A DNA stretch of 64,000 nucleotides, taken from the human T2T-CHM13v2.0 reference genome, Homo sapiens. The translations under genes were made by a program, and so were the position numbers. The stretch is from assembly GCF_009914755.1 (NCBI RefSeq), contig NC_060931.1. One strand, written 5' to 3'. The notes under the pieces were generated by a model. That model did no database searches. It was given only the letters and a program-made list of their open reading frames with translations, and had not been told where the DNA came from. This document shows positions 38,851 through 52,699 of this stretch, in pieces. How positions within the stretch are numbered: position 1 is the stretch's first letter; every line of letters begins with the position of its first letter.

Positions 38851-40331
38851 TGCTTTAAGGTAAAGCATAAAAAAGCCCATAATTTGTGACAAAAGTAAAA
38901 AGAAAGCTAAAGGAAGCATCCAATAATAGAGGAGAAGAAAAGTAATCAACATTATACGGTTAACCTTTCTGATAACAATGGTGACTTGGAGACGATACCA
39001 AAGAGATACTATAATATATTAATAATTTTATCAAGACACTCCCATCTTGAGCTCTAACCTTCAAATGACATGCTTTTCCCCAACCCGTGGTAATAAAACT
39101 TGGTTGAATAAACTTCAATTAAAAAACTTATACCCTGGGGTAAGTGGCCAGTCTGGGCACCTTTGTGAAATTTGAGAAATTTTCACTTTGTGAAATTTCT
39201 CAACATTGTATATTTGATACTTTTGCAGATGTGTTTGCTAAGAAAATAACTATGTGAGCTATTCTCAAAGTAGATACAAAGTGTAGTTGGGTTCTCTGGT
39301 CAGGATGACCAAATCTCATTCTGGGTTCTGCAAATAATCAACAGAGAGATTTTCATCAAATGAAATGATTTTCTTTTGAATTTGAGTTACATGTGTGGTC
39401 TCATGCATTAAAATGTATTGAAATTACTGCACACTGGGGCAGAATAGTACAATATCTGCACACACAATAAGTAATAGTAAATGTAAATCCTTGAACAACT
39501 TCAGTCCACCAGCAAATCCACAAGCACGAATTTTCAGAGGAAACTGGGACTGAGCCATTTTAGTAGATAATGATACGAATGAACGCCAATGATGAAAGAA
39601 CTGGCAGAAGAAGTCACTGTTGGGTGAGGAAAAAGGACACATGACCCCTACCAGATGTTCATTTATCTAATGTCTAGATACTTTAAAACATAGATATTAC
39701 TACGGATTTAAGCCAAAGAGAGAAAATCCTAAGTGAAATGAATTTAAAAACTGAAATTATTGAAAAAAAATGTTGAATTTGAAAATGTTTATTTGGCATA
39801 GCTTAATCAAATTTTCTCTTTTCAGGCAAAATTTAAAAATGAACAAGTATCATCTTTCAAATGCCTAAATTATATTTCTTAATACTAATGACACACAGTT
39901 TATATGTGTGCATCATATAATTCGATTCTCACAATAATGCTTTCAAGATGTGCTACTCTATACATTCTTTAAATGAAGGCAATTGAGGAAGATTAGATGA
40001 ATTGTCTGCCAAGTTAGCAAAGGGAAAGGGTGGCTTGAGTTCTTGTTTTGATTCCAAGGCAGGCAGAATTGGAAAACAAGAAATATTTTAAACATCTCTA
40101 CTATTAAAGATAGAATAATATCTATTTTGTTTTGCTTTGTCTGAAGGTGTGAACATTTATGTCCAAAAGACAAACTGCCTAAGATTACACAACTCAGGAC
40201 ACTATACTCTGTGGTAGTTTAATTTTTTTTCTTGTCCTAAAATTTTATTTTAATATACAATGCCATATATAAACTCATCCAAATCCATAAATAAAACATC
40301 AGTAGCCTACAGGAAAAAAAAGGAAATCAAC

Positions 40332-40883
40332 TGTATTAGTCAGGGTTCTCTAGAGGGATAGAACTGACAGGGGATATATATATACACACACACATACATA
40401 CACCTATATATATACACATATTCCTTAATAAACTCCATATATATATATCCTTAATAAGCTCCATATATATCCATTATATATATGTATATGTATGGAGTTT
40501 ATTAAGGAGTATTAAACTCACACAATCACAAGGTACCACAATAGTCCATCTGCAAGCTGAGAAGCAAGGAAGCCAGTCCAAGTCCCAAAGCCGAAGAACT
40601 TGAAGTCTGATGTTTAAGGGCAGGAAGTGTCCAGTACAGGAGAAAGACGTAGGCTGGGAAGCTAAGCCAGTCTAGTCTTTTCATGGTTTTTTGTCTGCTT
40701 TATATCCTAGCCTCACTGGTAGCTGATTAGATGGCGCCCACCCAGATTAAGGATAGGTCTACCTTTCCTAGCCCACTGACTCAAATGTTAATCTTTTTTC
40801 TCAACACCTTCACAGACACACCAAGGATCAATACTTTGCATCCTTCAAGCCAATCAAGTTGACACTCAGTATTAACTATCACA
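40332..40883 (-). mobile_element. MLT2A1-like ERVL solo LTR with internal (TA)n
   Basis: tgtattagtcagggttctctagaggga ... gttgacactcagtattaactatcaca; 5-bp TSD tcaac/ccaac. Confidence 0.92.
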
Positions 40884-41829
40884 CCAACACATCCTCCGGC
40901 TGGTCTCCAAATACATCTCTACTACAATTTTGCTCTGTTATAAGATAATTGATTTGCCATGGCTTTTCTTACCATGCTAAATGATGGAGCCAAGGAAGAG
41001 CATACACTTCACATAGAAAACTCCAATGACCACTTCCTCAGAACAGAGTGTTGCTTCTTTCATCTGTGTTGCAAGTGTCCCACAATCCACTTCAAATTTA
41101 TCTCTGTATGCCTAGGGTAAGAGAGTTGAAAGAACATACAATAATTCTATTACATGTACAGTACTTCTAGGAAAATAATTATTATAGTAAGAATGTCTTG
41201 AGAAAGACAGATGACTTAGCTTTTGGAACAAAGAGCTCTGATCATCTCAGAATTACCTGTTCTTTCTCATTCAATGAAAATAAAAGCCATGAAGGAATGC
41301 AGTGACCATATTTGAAGTAGCAAATTCATTTTATTGTTCAAGAAAATCTTGGCAAGATGGTAATCTTAACTAATTTGTATTATAATTGACACTAATTTTC
41401 TTAAGTTCCAAAATGTCTTTTATTGAAAGGATCAAAAAACTAGATTTGGTATAGCCAACAAGATTTTAGGACATAGGTGGCCACTCTCTTAGTTGTCTCC
41501 AAAAATGTTTGTGTGTTCCCGGGCCTTGGTTGAGGAAAGTTAATGACTCCACAAATATATCCTCCCAGTATGTACATATGCACCATACTCAATCCTGTGA
41601 GTTGTGTGGGGGATATAGTGTGTGTATACAAATAAATATTGTTGCATTGTATTAAGAAACAAAAAGTCAGCAGGTGAAACTGTAGTAAAGCCTTTGCCAA
41701 TTCAGGATATTGTAGGATCATAAGATGATCATACTTTCTCCAGCCCAGTGCCATCAGACTTGGTGTGTGATTTGCTGTGGGTCACAATGGGTGACAGAGA
41801 AAGAGGCATGTGGCACATAAGTACAGAGA

Positions 41830-42212
41830 CCAGAAAAATCCAGGACCTGATGGCTTCACTGCTGAATTCTACCAAACATTTAAGGATGAACTAATACTAA
41901 TCCTACTCAAACTATTTCAAAAAATAAACAAGGAGAGAATAATTCCAAATGAATTCTATGAGACCAGGATCATCCTGATAGCAAAAGCAGACAAAGACAC
42001 AAAAAGAAGGAAGGTGGGAAAGAAAGAAGGAGGAGAGGAAGGGAGGAAGGGAGGAAGGGAGGAAGGAAGTAAGGAAGGAAGGAAGGAAGGAAGGAAGGGA
42101 AGGAGGGAAGGAGGGAGGAACAAAGAGGGAGAAACAGAGGGAGAAAGAAAGGAAAAGAGAAAGAAAGAGAGAAAGAAAGAAAGAGAAAGAAAGAAAGAAA
42201 GAAAAAGAAAAA

Positions 42213-42268
<56 letters not shown>

Positions 42269-44735
42269 GAAAGAAAGCAAGCTAGCTACAGGCCAATTTT
42301 GCTGATGAACATTGATGCAAAAATCCTCAATAAAATACTGGCAAACTGGATTTAACAGTACATTAGAAAGATCACTCATCATGACCAAGTGGGATTTACC
42401 CCTGGGATGCAAGGATGGTTCAACATATGCAAATCAATTAATGTGATACATTATACCAACAGAATGAAGAATAAAAACCATATGATCATTTCAATTGATA
42501 CTGAAAAAGCATTTTGATAAAATGCCACACCACTTCATGATAAAAACTCTAAAAAAACTGGGTATACAAGGAATATACCTAAACATAATAAAAGCCATAT
42601 ACAACAGATCCACAGCTAGTATCAAACTGAATGGGAAAAAACTGAAAGCCTTTCCTTGGAAGAATTCAAATTATCTTTGTTTGCAGATTATATCATATTA
42701 TATTTGGAGAAACCTACAGACTCTACCAAAAAACTATGAGAACTTAAAAATTCAGTAAAGTTGCAGGATACAAAGTCAACATACAAAAATCAGTAGCATT
42801 TCTAATGCCAACAGAGCAACTGGAAAAAATATTGCCTAATTTACAATAGACATAAATAAAATTAAATACTTAAGAATTAACCAAAGAAGTGGAAGTTCTG
42901 TATAATGCAAACTATGAAACACTGAGGAAAGAAATTGGAAAGGACACAAAAACTGGGAACATATTCCATATTCATGGGTTGGAAGAATAAATAGTGTTAA
43001 ATTGTTCATACTACCCAAAGCAACCTACAGATTCAAGCAATTCCTATAAAAATACCAATGACATTATTCACAGAAAAATTGTGTAAATTTAACAATCCTA
43101 AAGTTTATATGGAACCACAAAAGACACGGAAGAGCCAAAGCTATCCTAAGTAAAAAGGACAAGGCTGGAGGAATCACATTACCTGACTTCAAATTCTACT
43201 ACAGAGCTATAATAAACAAAACGTCATGGTACTGGCATAAAAACAGACACATAGACCAATGGAACAGAATAGAGAACTCAGAAACAAACCCACACACCTG
43301 TAGTGAACTCATTTTTGACAAAGGTGCCAAGATCATACATTGGGGAAAAGACAGTGTCTTCAGTAAATGGTGCTAAGAAAACTGGATATCCATATGCAGA
43401 AGAATGAAACTAGACCCCTATCTCCCACCACATACAAAAATAAAACCAACATGGATTAAGTAATGAAATCTAATACATCAAACTACTAAATTACTACAAG
43501 AAAACTTGGAAAAAATATACAGGACATTAGTCTGAACAAAAATTTCTTGAACAATACCCAAAAGCACAGGCAACCAAAGCAAAAATGGACAAACGGGATC
43601 ACATAAAGTTAAAAGTTTCTGTACAGCAAAGAAAACAATCAAAAAAGTGAAGAGAAAACCCACAGAATATTTGCAAACTAGTCTTCTGACAAGGGATTAA
43701 TAACCAGAATATATAAGGAGATCAAATAACTCTATAGGAAAAAAATCTAATAATATGATGAAAATGGGCAAAATATTTGAATATTTCTCTAAAGAATATA
43801 TACAAATGGCAAACAGGCATACGAAAAGGTGATCATCATCATTGATAGTCAGAGGAATGCAAATCAAAACTACAATGAGATATTATCTCACCCCGATTAA
43901 AATGGCTTCTTTCCAAAAGACAGGTAATATCAAATGTTGGCAAGGATGTGAAGAAAAGGGAACACTCATACACTGTTGGTGGGAATATAATTTACCATCA
44001 CTATGGAGAACGGTCTGGAGGTTCCTCAAAAGACTAAAAATAGAGCTACCATATAATCTAGCAATCCCACCTCTGGGTATATACTCAAAAGAAAGGAAAT
44101 CAGTATATCAAATAAATATCTGCACTCTTATGTTGTTGCAGCACTGTTCACAGTAGCCAAGATTTGGATGTCCATCAATAGATGAATGAATGAATAAAGA
44201 AAATGTGGTACATATACACAATGGAGTTACTATTCAGTCACAGAAAGAAATAAGATTCTATCATTTGCAATAACATGAATGGAACTGGAGATCAGTATGT
44301 TAAGTGAAATAAGCCAGGCACAGAAAGACAAGCCTCACATGTTCTCACTTATTTGTGGTATCTAAAAATCAAAACAATTGAACTCTTGGAGATAGAGAGT
44401 AGAAGGATAGTTAACAGAGGCTGAGAAAAGTAATGGAGGGGCTCAGGGTGAGCTGTTGATGGTTAATGGGTACAAAAAAAATAGAAAGAGTAAATAGGAC
44501 TTACTATTTGATACCACAACAGGTGACTTTAGTTAATAACAATCGTACACTTTCAAATCACTAAAAGAGTGTAACTGGCAACACAAAGGATAAATGCTTG
44601 AGGGGATGGATATCCCATTCTCCATGATGTGATTATTTCACCTTGCATACTTGTATCAAAATATCTCACGTACCCCATAAGTATATATACTTACTATGTA
44701 CCCAAAAAAATAAAAAATAAAATATTTTTTAAAAA
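41830..44735 (+). mobile_element. 5'-truncated L1MA (about L1MA2): ORF2 RT to 3'UTR
   Basis: '[15 protein letters not shown]' and '[20 protein letters not shown]'; L1MA-type 3'UTR 'ggataaatgcttgaggggatggatatccc...tatgtaccca' and A-tail. Confidence 0.93.
42002..42280 (+). repeat. Polypurine (GGAA)n/(GAAA)n compound microsatellite within L1 ORF2
   Basis: About 280 bp that is almost purely A/G. Confidence 0.97.
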
Positions 44736-44883
44736 AGAAAACAAATGGTGATAGGCTGAAAGAATATATATGTCACATTCTTATTAATATCTGTAATATA
44801 AATATTTTTTAAAAATCAATAAGAACCTCCTCTCAAGATGGACAAAAATATTTATCAACAAATTATTCATGTAAAACCCCAAA

Positions 44884-45471
44884 TGTTCTGTTTTCTACTG
44901 ATGCATAACAAATTGCCACAAACTTAGTGGCTTAGAACAACTCTCATTTATTAGCACAAAGTCCTGTAGATAAGACATCTTTGTATGGTTGGCTGTGTTC
45001 TTTGTTTAGATCTTTGTAAGGCTAAAATCAAGGCACTGGCCAGACTGTGTCCCTTTCTGGATGCTCTGGGGAAGAATCCTCTTTCAAGCTCATTCAGATG
45101 GCTGGCCAAATCCAGTTCCTTGCGATGGTTGAACTGAGATCCCTGCTTTCTTACTGACTGAGCTGGGAACTGGTCTCAGCTCCCAAACGCTGCCCACACT
45201 CCTTGACACATGGATCTTTCCAGGAGAGGAGAAACACTTTTATGCATTATCCTCTCATGTGTTGAATCGCCGTTGCCATAAAGAACCTAGTCCCTTTTAA
45301 GGTCTCACCTGATTAAGTCAGCACCTTTTTAAATGTAACTTATTTGGGATTTTAATTAAGTATGCAAAGTCTCATTACAGTAACATCTGGGTAGCAGTAA
45401 TTAACTGGGAGATTGTGTATACACAACATGGGCCATAAATTTGGGGTTTAATTTAGAGTTCTGCCTACCAC
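44884..45471 (-). mobile_element. MaLR solo LTR (MLT1E/F-like)
   Basis: 'taacaaattgccacaaacttagtggctta...ggctaaaatcaagg...ctctggggaagaatcc...ttagagttctgcctaccaca'. Confidence 0.8.
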
Positions 45472-45559
45472 AAACAAGTAAATCAAGTGACATTCTATCT
45501 CACTGATAATCAAATAAATGAAATTGAAGCCAAAATAAAATGTCACTTCACACTCTGCA

Positions 45560-45760
45560 TAGAAATAATTATACACACACACATACCCACATAGTATATA
45601 CATATGTGTGTTTGTGTACTCATGTAGTATACATATGTGTGTATATATGTTGTATATATACAGTATATAAATGAATGGATGTGCATGTATATCTAAATAT
45701 GTGAATATATATGCATATATGTACGTATAAAAGTTGTACATATATATGTATATGTAGGAA
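45560..45760. repeat. (TA/CA/TG) low-complexity tract
   Basis: Alternating purine-pyrimidine dinucleotides. Confidence 0.8.
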
Positions 45761-45847
45761 ATTTACCATTCTCAATTAAGTGTTGAACCCACCTAGAGAT
45801 CAAATTTGTACATGATGTGTGACAGGTAGCTATTTTTATTTTTTCTA

Positions 45848-46390
45848 CCGAAGGGGAGAAATTATATTTTTTCTCAACCCTCCTTAATTCATAATTTGGA
45901 CAGACTCCTGCAACAGAAGACAGATTAACAAGAGTAAAACAAGCAAGTTTATTGACACGTGCAGTACATACCAAGTTGGAGAAACATAACTCAAGGTATC
46001 TGCTTAGAGTTTCAGTTTATCTAAGATCTTCAACAAAGGGTAATAAATTTAAGAGAAGCAATGGGACAAAAAGAAAAGCAGTCCCAGGCTTCCAAAGGCA
46101 GAAAAACTGTAGGAAGGTAAATTTATGGGCAGACACTAATGGAATAAATTCTGCTCACAGACTCCTCTGGCTCCATTTCTGGGCTGATTAAGGCTGTCTA
46201 CAGTACGGGAAAATTTATATTCTGTCTTTAAGTGAAAAAAAATGGGGAGGAGAGTGGAAAGACCTTTTGTCTTTGTAAATCTTTGTCCTGCTTTTGCACA
46301 GAGAGGGAAGCAGAGAGCTTCTCTGTACCTTAACTGTCTCCAGCTAAACAATCCTTTGTATTTTGGGAAGTTACACTCTCGTTTTCTTCA
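45848..46390 (-). mobile_element. ERV1 (MER4-group, MER34/MER49-like) solo LTR
   Basis: 'aagacagattaacaagag..aaacaagcaagtttatt', 'aactgtctccagctaaacaatcctt...tattttggg...ttcttca' pattern; subfamily uncertain. Confidence 0.55.
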
Positions 46391-46399
46391 CTACATACA

Positions 46400-48540
46400 T
46401 GACCAATATTGCAGCCCCACTTTCTGTATAATATGTTCTTTAAAAACGTATTTATGATGTCAACTCTATTATCACCAAGTCTCTATTAATCCATAGATAT
46501 GTTACTGTGGTCTCTTAAAATGTGATACTAGTCTGTTTGTTCTTACAATAGTACAGTACTCTGTTCATTACTATGACTTTATAGTATTTATTAATATGAA
46601 GTATGGTGATTATTTCTTACTGCTTTGCTTTTTGAACTTTGTCTTATCAATTCTTAGGATGTTATTCTTGTATGTAAATTTCAGAGTCAGTTGATCAAAT
46701 GCATACACTAAATCTATCATTTTAAATTTAATTTCATTAAATGATAAAACAATCTGGAGAACTGATCCCTTTATGAGGTGATTGTTACATCCATGAACAT
46801 GGTACACCTATTAATTCATTTTAAAAACATAATTAGAATTTTTAAATGTTCCTTTTTGTGAATTTTTTGTTATATTGTTATGTGTAGTTTTTATTTGCAA
46901 TTATGAGTGGTATATCATTTTCTATTATATTTTATCTTAAGCTAGCACAGTTTTGGAGTGGCATTTTGATTTTTATAATATAGTATTTTGTTCAGTAACT
47001 TTGTTGAACTCCCTTATGACTTCTAATACTTTTTTCTATTGATTTGATATTCTCCATATATTACCAGAAAATAATTACTGTTTTAACTCTTTTCCTCCAA
47101 GCATAGTTTTTCTATGTCTTTGTATTTTTAATTGTATTGCTCAATACACCTTGAATTATGCTGATCATTAATGATAATAGAAATAATCCCTGTTTTGTTA
47201 TTATATTACACCTATTATTATAATAATGCAAAAAATAAATATAATTTTTAATAGAAAATAAAATAAATATAATTTTTTTAATACAATGCTTTCTATAGCT
47301 AGTGATAAGATAGAATTTTGTCAGATTAGAGAGCCTCCTTTTATTAATAAATCTCAGAAATTTTATCATCAATGACATTGAATGTTACTAAATGCCCTTC
47401 TTTAGAAACAAAAATATGTGTTTTTATCTTTAATTGAGGTGGTGAATACACAATGATTAAATAGTCAGGTAATTCTACAAGGCTTTTTTTTTTTTTAATG
47501 AAAACAAGTCTCTATTTCCTTTTCCGAATGTCTTATGCTCCACAGAGGTAACCACTATGAACTTCTTTAGCAATCCTTTTCATATTTAATGTCATGTCTC
47601 TAAACTATATAGCTGTATTGGTATTCTTATGCAGTTTTAACTAGCATATATTTCAGTCCTACTAAGTACAAAGATTTAATGTTCTTTATCATCCTCCCTG
47701 TTCTTATGTCACACCTTTTTCAGTTTACTTCCCTAGGCATTAAACATAATATTTGTTAGGTAAATACTAAGTGTTTACATTATTTTGTTAAACAAAAATT
47801 TACAGCTAGGCCTAATAATATATTTAAATTGATCTTTTCTGCAGAACTTTACTATGCTTTTGATGTTAATGTTTATTTGGGTTGTTTTACTGTTGTTTAG
47901 TTGATTAATTTTCAATAGAATCATTATTTACTTAACACAAACATTACCATAATTATTTAAGCATTCTTTCACCATGTTCAGCTTTAGCAGTTATTTTCTT
48001 TTCCTCTGTGACTTTCGTCCTTCTCCTATCTTGCTGGAAAATCTCTTCTGGAGCCCTCCATCTCTAACTTGAATTAGCTGCTCTCTGCAACTGATAATCA
48101 GAGGAGGTTTAAAGATTTCCTTTTGCCAGCAAGCTGGAAAATTATTTCACTTCTTTTTGAGTTGAATATCTGCTTTCTCTATTTTGCATATTTTCATTTT
48201 TTGTCTAATACCATGTTTTGGTGAAAGACAGCCTCTAGAAACTTCCTGAGAAAGAATGAATGAGAAGTATATTCCTGAAGACTTCTATGTCTTAAAATGT
48301 TTTTATTCTATTTTCACACTTGTTACTACCACTGTTTGTCGATTTCTACATCAAAAGTCAGTTTATTTTATAATGTTGAGAGCATCTCTCCATAAATTTC
48401 TGGATACTAACAATGTTATTAAAAAGTCTAAAGGTTTTCTAATCCTTTATACTTGAATAAGATTTCATAGGATCTTCTCTTCACCTCTACAGTCTGAAAT
48501 GTGATAGTGTGCCTTGGTTGAGGAGGGATTTTACTCATTG
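46400..48540 (-). mobile_element. Ancient L1ME-like fragments
   Basis: AT-rich degenerate antisense L1 ORF2 and 3' sequence. Confidence 0.55.
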
Positions 48541-48546
48541 TTCAGG

Positions 48547-49078
48547 TGTGGCAAAAGTTCTAAATGTAAGGCATAGTATTATGTGTGTTTTGATATTTGG
48601 TGAAACCAGGAGAAGTTTGATGGTCTAACTCTTGGCTCTCCTAGAGTTAGGAGAATGAATGGATCCCATTTTGCTCCCACAGGTAAGGCCTTCATAACAA
48701 ACAAAGCTTCCTATCACAGAGACCAGAAACAGTTCCTTCTTATCCCTGAGCAGCAGGTTCCAGTTTCCTGCCAGCCTTCATAATTTTTCAAACAAGCAAA
48801 CAAGCCAAACACATCCTCCCATAGAAACCAGGGGACACCTCACCCTCTTGTTACTACAAAGTCATCCTCCCCCAGACCCTGTTTGTTCACCATGTTCCCA
48901 AGAGCCACCCTGTGGCCCTATGTGACAGGCAGTGTCCACCTTCAGACTGTGAGTATATGGGACTACACACTAATGTCGACCTCATCTATCCATTTTAGGG
49001 TTTTGTGTGTTCATACATGACCCTAGGGTAGAAATCTCTCCCCTGTCAACAGAGTCCATAAGAGGTGCTTGAAAGAAT
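48547..49078 (+). mobile_element. MER54-like ERVL solo LTR
   Basis: 'cagttccttcttatccctgagcagcagg...gaaaccaggggacacctcaccctcttgttactacaaag...ctgtgagtatatg' matches recalled MER54. Confidence 0.75.
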
Positions 49079-49379
49079 TGGCATCAGAAATAGGATGTTC
49101 TAACCATAACTGAGTACACTTGGTCAGCTTTAATATACAGTTTTAACTGTTCCCATTATATGGCAAAGTCTGACTACAACAGAAGTGCCATTGCTAGTGG
49201 CATTTGTTTTGGTTGCCATTGTATTATCTGCATTTGAGTGTTTCCATGTCTTTTCACTCTAAAATATCTTATTCCTAAGATGAGAATTATTATTAATGGA
49301 CCATATACCCACGTGATGTGCCATCGAGTTCAGCCTGTGTTGGCAGGCAGTCTCTGAATCTTTATTTATAGAGGTGATA

Positions 49380-49880
49380 GTAACACATTCCTTTACCAGT
49401 TAGCACCTGATTGAGGGTTTACTGTGTGCCAGGCACATTGGAGGTGTGCAACATGCATTTTCCATTCAGCTTCACAACTACACATTGATGCTGGCAATAT
49501 TGTTGCCCACAGGTCACAGACATGGAAACAAAGACAAGGAAAACAAATAATTTGCCCAAAGTCCCATGGTATGTGAGTGGAGCTGGAGCTCTAATGGAAG
49601 TCCCTGTGGCTCCAGTGCCAGGACACTCAACCAGCAGGCTGACTGTCTCCTTTCCTCAATTCTCCACAGTGGACTTTGAAGCCCTGTCTCCTCATGAGGC
49701 TTACAAGGGCATTTAAGCTACAGAAAATAACAATAAGGGAAGGTAATAAAAATCTGTGACTTTGGGAAATTCATGTTAGCTCTTTGGGCCTCAGTTTCCC
49801 TATCTTCAAAATAGGAATGAGAGGTTCTGTCCTATAAAAATAAATGGTGGTTGTGAGGATAAAGCATCAAACTGAATATA
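49380..49880. mobile_element. Two MIR fragments (minus about 49380-49620; plus about 49750-49880)
   Basis: 'tactgtgtgccaggcac', 'aatttgcccaaagtccca', 'tgggcctcagtttccctatct'. Confidence 0.7.
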
Positions 49881-51394
49881 AAAGATCACTACTAATTAGG
49901 AGTAGAACTATATGGCCAGATGATGAAAAGGCTCACAGAAAAAGTTGGTAATTTTCAACTCTGCTTCTAGTTTAGTTTCCATGTACACAGATAGATGAAA
50001 CAGATTCAGAGGGTTTGTTGCTGTTGTTCACTTATCTTACTAAAAAACACAGACTCACACTGTAAACATTACTCTAAATTTGATAAAGCTGCTTTTTCTC
50101 CTTTGAGTAATTCTTCCCTACCACCCTACCTGTGTTCTGCTAGCTTCCTCCTTCTGCTCTTCAATATTTCTGGGTCTCAGATTTCAGATTTCAAACTTGT
50201 TGCCTTTCACAATGGAAAAACCACGCACGTACTTTAAAAAAGTACTTGTTGATGATAAACTCACATAACAACATGGATAGAATGACATTTGAGGCCATAT
50301 GGACCATGTGGGATCACACGTATTTGCCTAGAAAAAGAAGGTCAGGACCTGGAGTGTTGCAAGAGCAAGGGAGCAGCAGCAGCAGATGCAACTGGGTGTT
50401 GGTTGTAAGCTTAAGTAAAGTTTACACATTTGGTGGGGGAATGAAAGACTTGCTTATCTGAGCTACGTCAACTAAATAAAGATTATACAATCAGGCTTTG
50501 CCAGGATGATTTACTTTCACCCAAGTACATTATTTCATTTGACTTCAAAGGTTTCTCCCCTCTCCTCTCAGGCCCCATCCAGGAACCACCTTGCTAGCAC
50601 CCTGGGGTCTGCCAGATTTATTTTTCTTAGTCATTCTACACTTCTTATTGCAATGATGCAGGGTGCTTCCTGATGTTGGGAGTTGAAGAAAAGGACAAAT
50701 CGTAATTTATGACTGTTTACTCCAGAATTTCAGGGTTGCACACGGGTCACTTCAGCAAGTGTAGCTGAATCCTGATGTAGATGGGATAAGGGCTGCCTTG
50801 AATTCCAGGTGAGACCTCAGCAGATCACACATGTTGCACAGGAACTCACATCACACACTATTTCTTCTCAATGCCTCGGACCCCAGCCACAGTCGGAACT
50901 GCAGACCCTCATTCCTCCACATCCTCACCGTTGATGCCTAAGGCTTGACTCACATTAATTCTCACCTTCCCTGGCTGCATTCTAATCACTTGTCTCTCTC
51001 TGCAGCCTGGAGCCCTGCTGTGTCTTGTCACATCTTCAATTACTGTCCAGTATCCAAGTGATTAATTCCCTAGCCCTCCCCTCACAGATCCAGTTGTGTT
51101 TTCTCTCTTCCTTCTTTTCAGACCATACACCACAGTCAATCACCAGTCTCCATTGTCATGGCACATGCCCCAAACACATCCATCTCCATTGTTGACATCA
51201 TTATTTCTATCTGGAGCACACTAGTGCTTCTCCACATGTACCAATCCCACTCCTCTGTCAGAGGCCAGCTCTTGAACAAGGAGCTAATCATCAGCTTCCT
51301 CCTGTATAAGTCCTCTGTCTCTTCCTCAGATGCTCATGTAATGTTAACTGATCATCACCAATGGCAATGTCTTTTCAGTTTTAGTAATGTCTGA

Positions 51395-52560
51395 GAGCTA
51401 TATCCTCATAGGAAAGAAAATGAACAGAGAAAAGGAGTAATTCAGGGAGGGCTTTTGTTTTTAACTTTTATGCTAGGTTCAGGGGTACACGTACAGGTTT
51501 GTTACATAGGCAAACTCATGTCACAGGAACTTGGTGTACAGGTTATTTCATCACTCAGGTACTAAGTATAGTACCCAACAGTTATGTTTTCTGATCCTCT
51601 CCTTCCTCTCTCAAGTAAGCCCCAGTTTATGTTGTTCCCCTCTATGTATTCATATGTTCTCATTATTTAGCTCCAGCTTATAAATGAGGACATGCAGTAT
51701 TTGACTTTCTGTTCTTGTGTTAGTTTGCTGAGGGTAAGATCCCCAACTCCATCCATGTTTCTGCAAAAGACAAGATCTCATCCTTTTTTTATAGCTACAT
51801 AGTATTCCATGGTGTATATGTACCACATTTTCCTTATCCAGTCTACCATTAGCAGCCATTTAGGTTGATTCCATGGTTTTGCTAGTGTGAATAGTGTTGC
51901 AGTAAACATATACATGCATGTGTCTTTATGGTAGAATGATTTATATTCCTTTGGGTATATACCTAGTAGTGGGATTGCTGGGTTGAATGTTAGTTCTGTT
52001 TTTAGCTCTTTGAGAAATTACCACGCTACTTTCCACAGTGGATGAACTAATTTACACTCCCACCAACAGTGTATAAGTGTTCCTTTTTTTCTGCAACTTC
52101 ACCAGCATCTGTTATTTTTTGACTTTTTAATAATAGCCATTTGATTCAGGGAAAGTTTCAACAAAGGAATATTTAACAAGAGTGTGGGCATAGGAGAACC
52201 ACAAGGGATGGTGTAGCATCCTGAACCTTAGTAGCAGCAGAGCTGTAACCACTTCTAGGCCAGAGGTGCAGGGAAGAAGTGACTGGTCCCCAGAGAGAGT
52301 GTTTTACAGCACAGTCCACATACCGGGGCAGTAACCTTTGCTAAGGACACACCTAGCTGGAGGTATCTTCACAGGGAGAAGACAGAGGTTTATAAACCCA
52401 GACTTACTCACTGTTCCCCATCCCATGTCCTGTTAGGATTGGCCAAATCCAGCCAGGAGCCAGGGGCATAGGGGCTCTTTGATGAAATTTATACAGCTTG
52501 GGCTTCTGCTGCAGGAAGCAGATTGGAGAAGAGTAGAAAGAAAATTTGGAGGGTAAATAA
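51395..52560 (-). mobile_element. Old ERVL LTR (LTR33/LTR41-like) interrupted by an L1PA
   Basis: 'agggagaaccacaagggatggtg...tagtagcagcagagctgt...attggccaaatccagccaggagccagggg' pattern. Confidence 0.5.
51453..52142 (-). mobile_element. L1PA15/16-like 3' end
   Basis: Antisense L1 3'UTR; degenerate TSD attcaggga on both sides. Confidence 0.9.
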
Positions 52561-52699
52561 CAGACCACTCCTGTTGCCCCCCACATGGGGAATGTACAAA
52601 GTCTCATCAACTACTTGCAGAGTGATGTCAATCTGGCCTTGCCTCCTGAAACCTAAAATTTGAGGAATTGCCAGGGTGTTCATATAGGACAAGTATGGG

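Noticed and set aside
39424-39700. Possible processed pseudogene or C/D snoRNA (ATGATGA near 39589)
   Set aside because: No recognisable protein in any frame, and no suitably placed D box or terminal stem.
41912-42412. 166-aa F/L/S-rich 'membrane protein' ORF on minus
   Set aside because: Artefact of the (TTTC)n/(TTCC)n microsatellite plus antisense L1.
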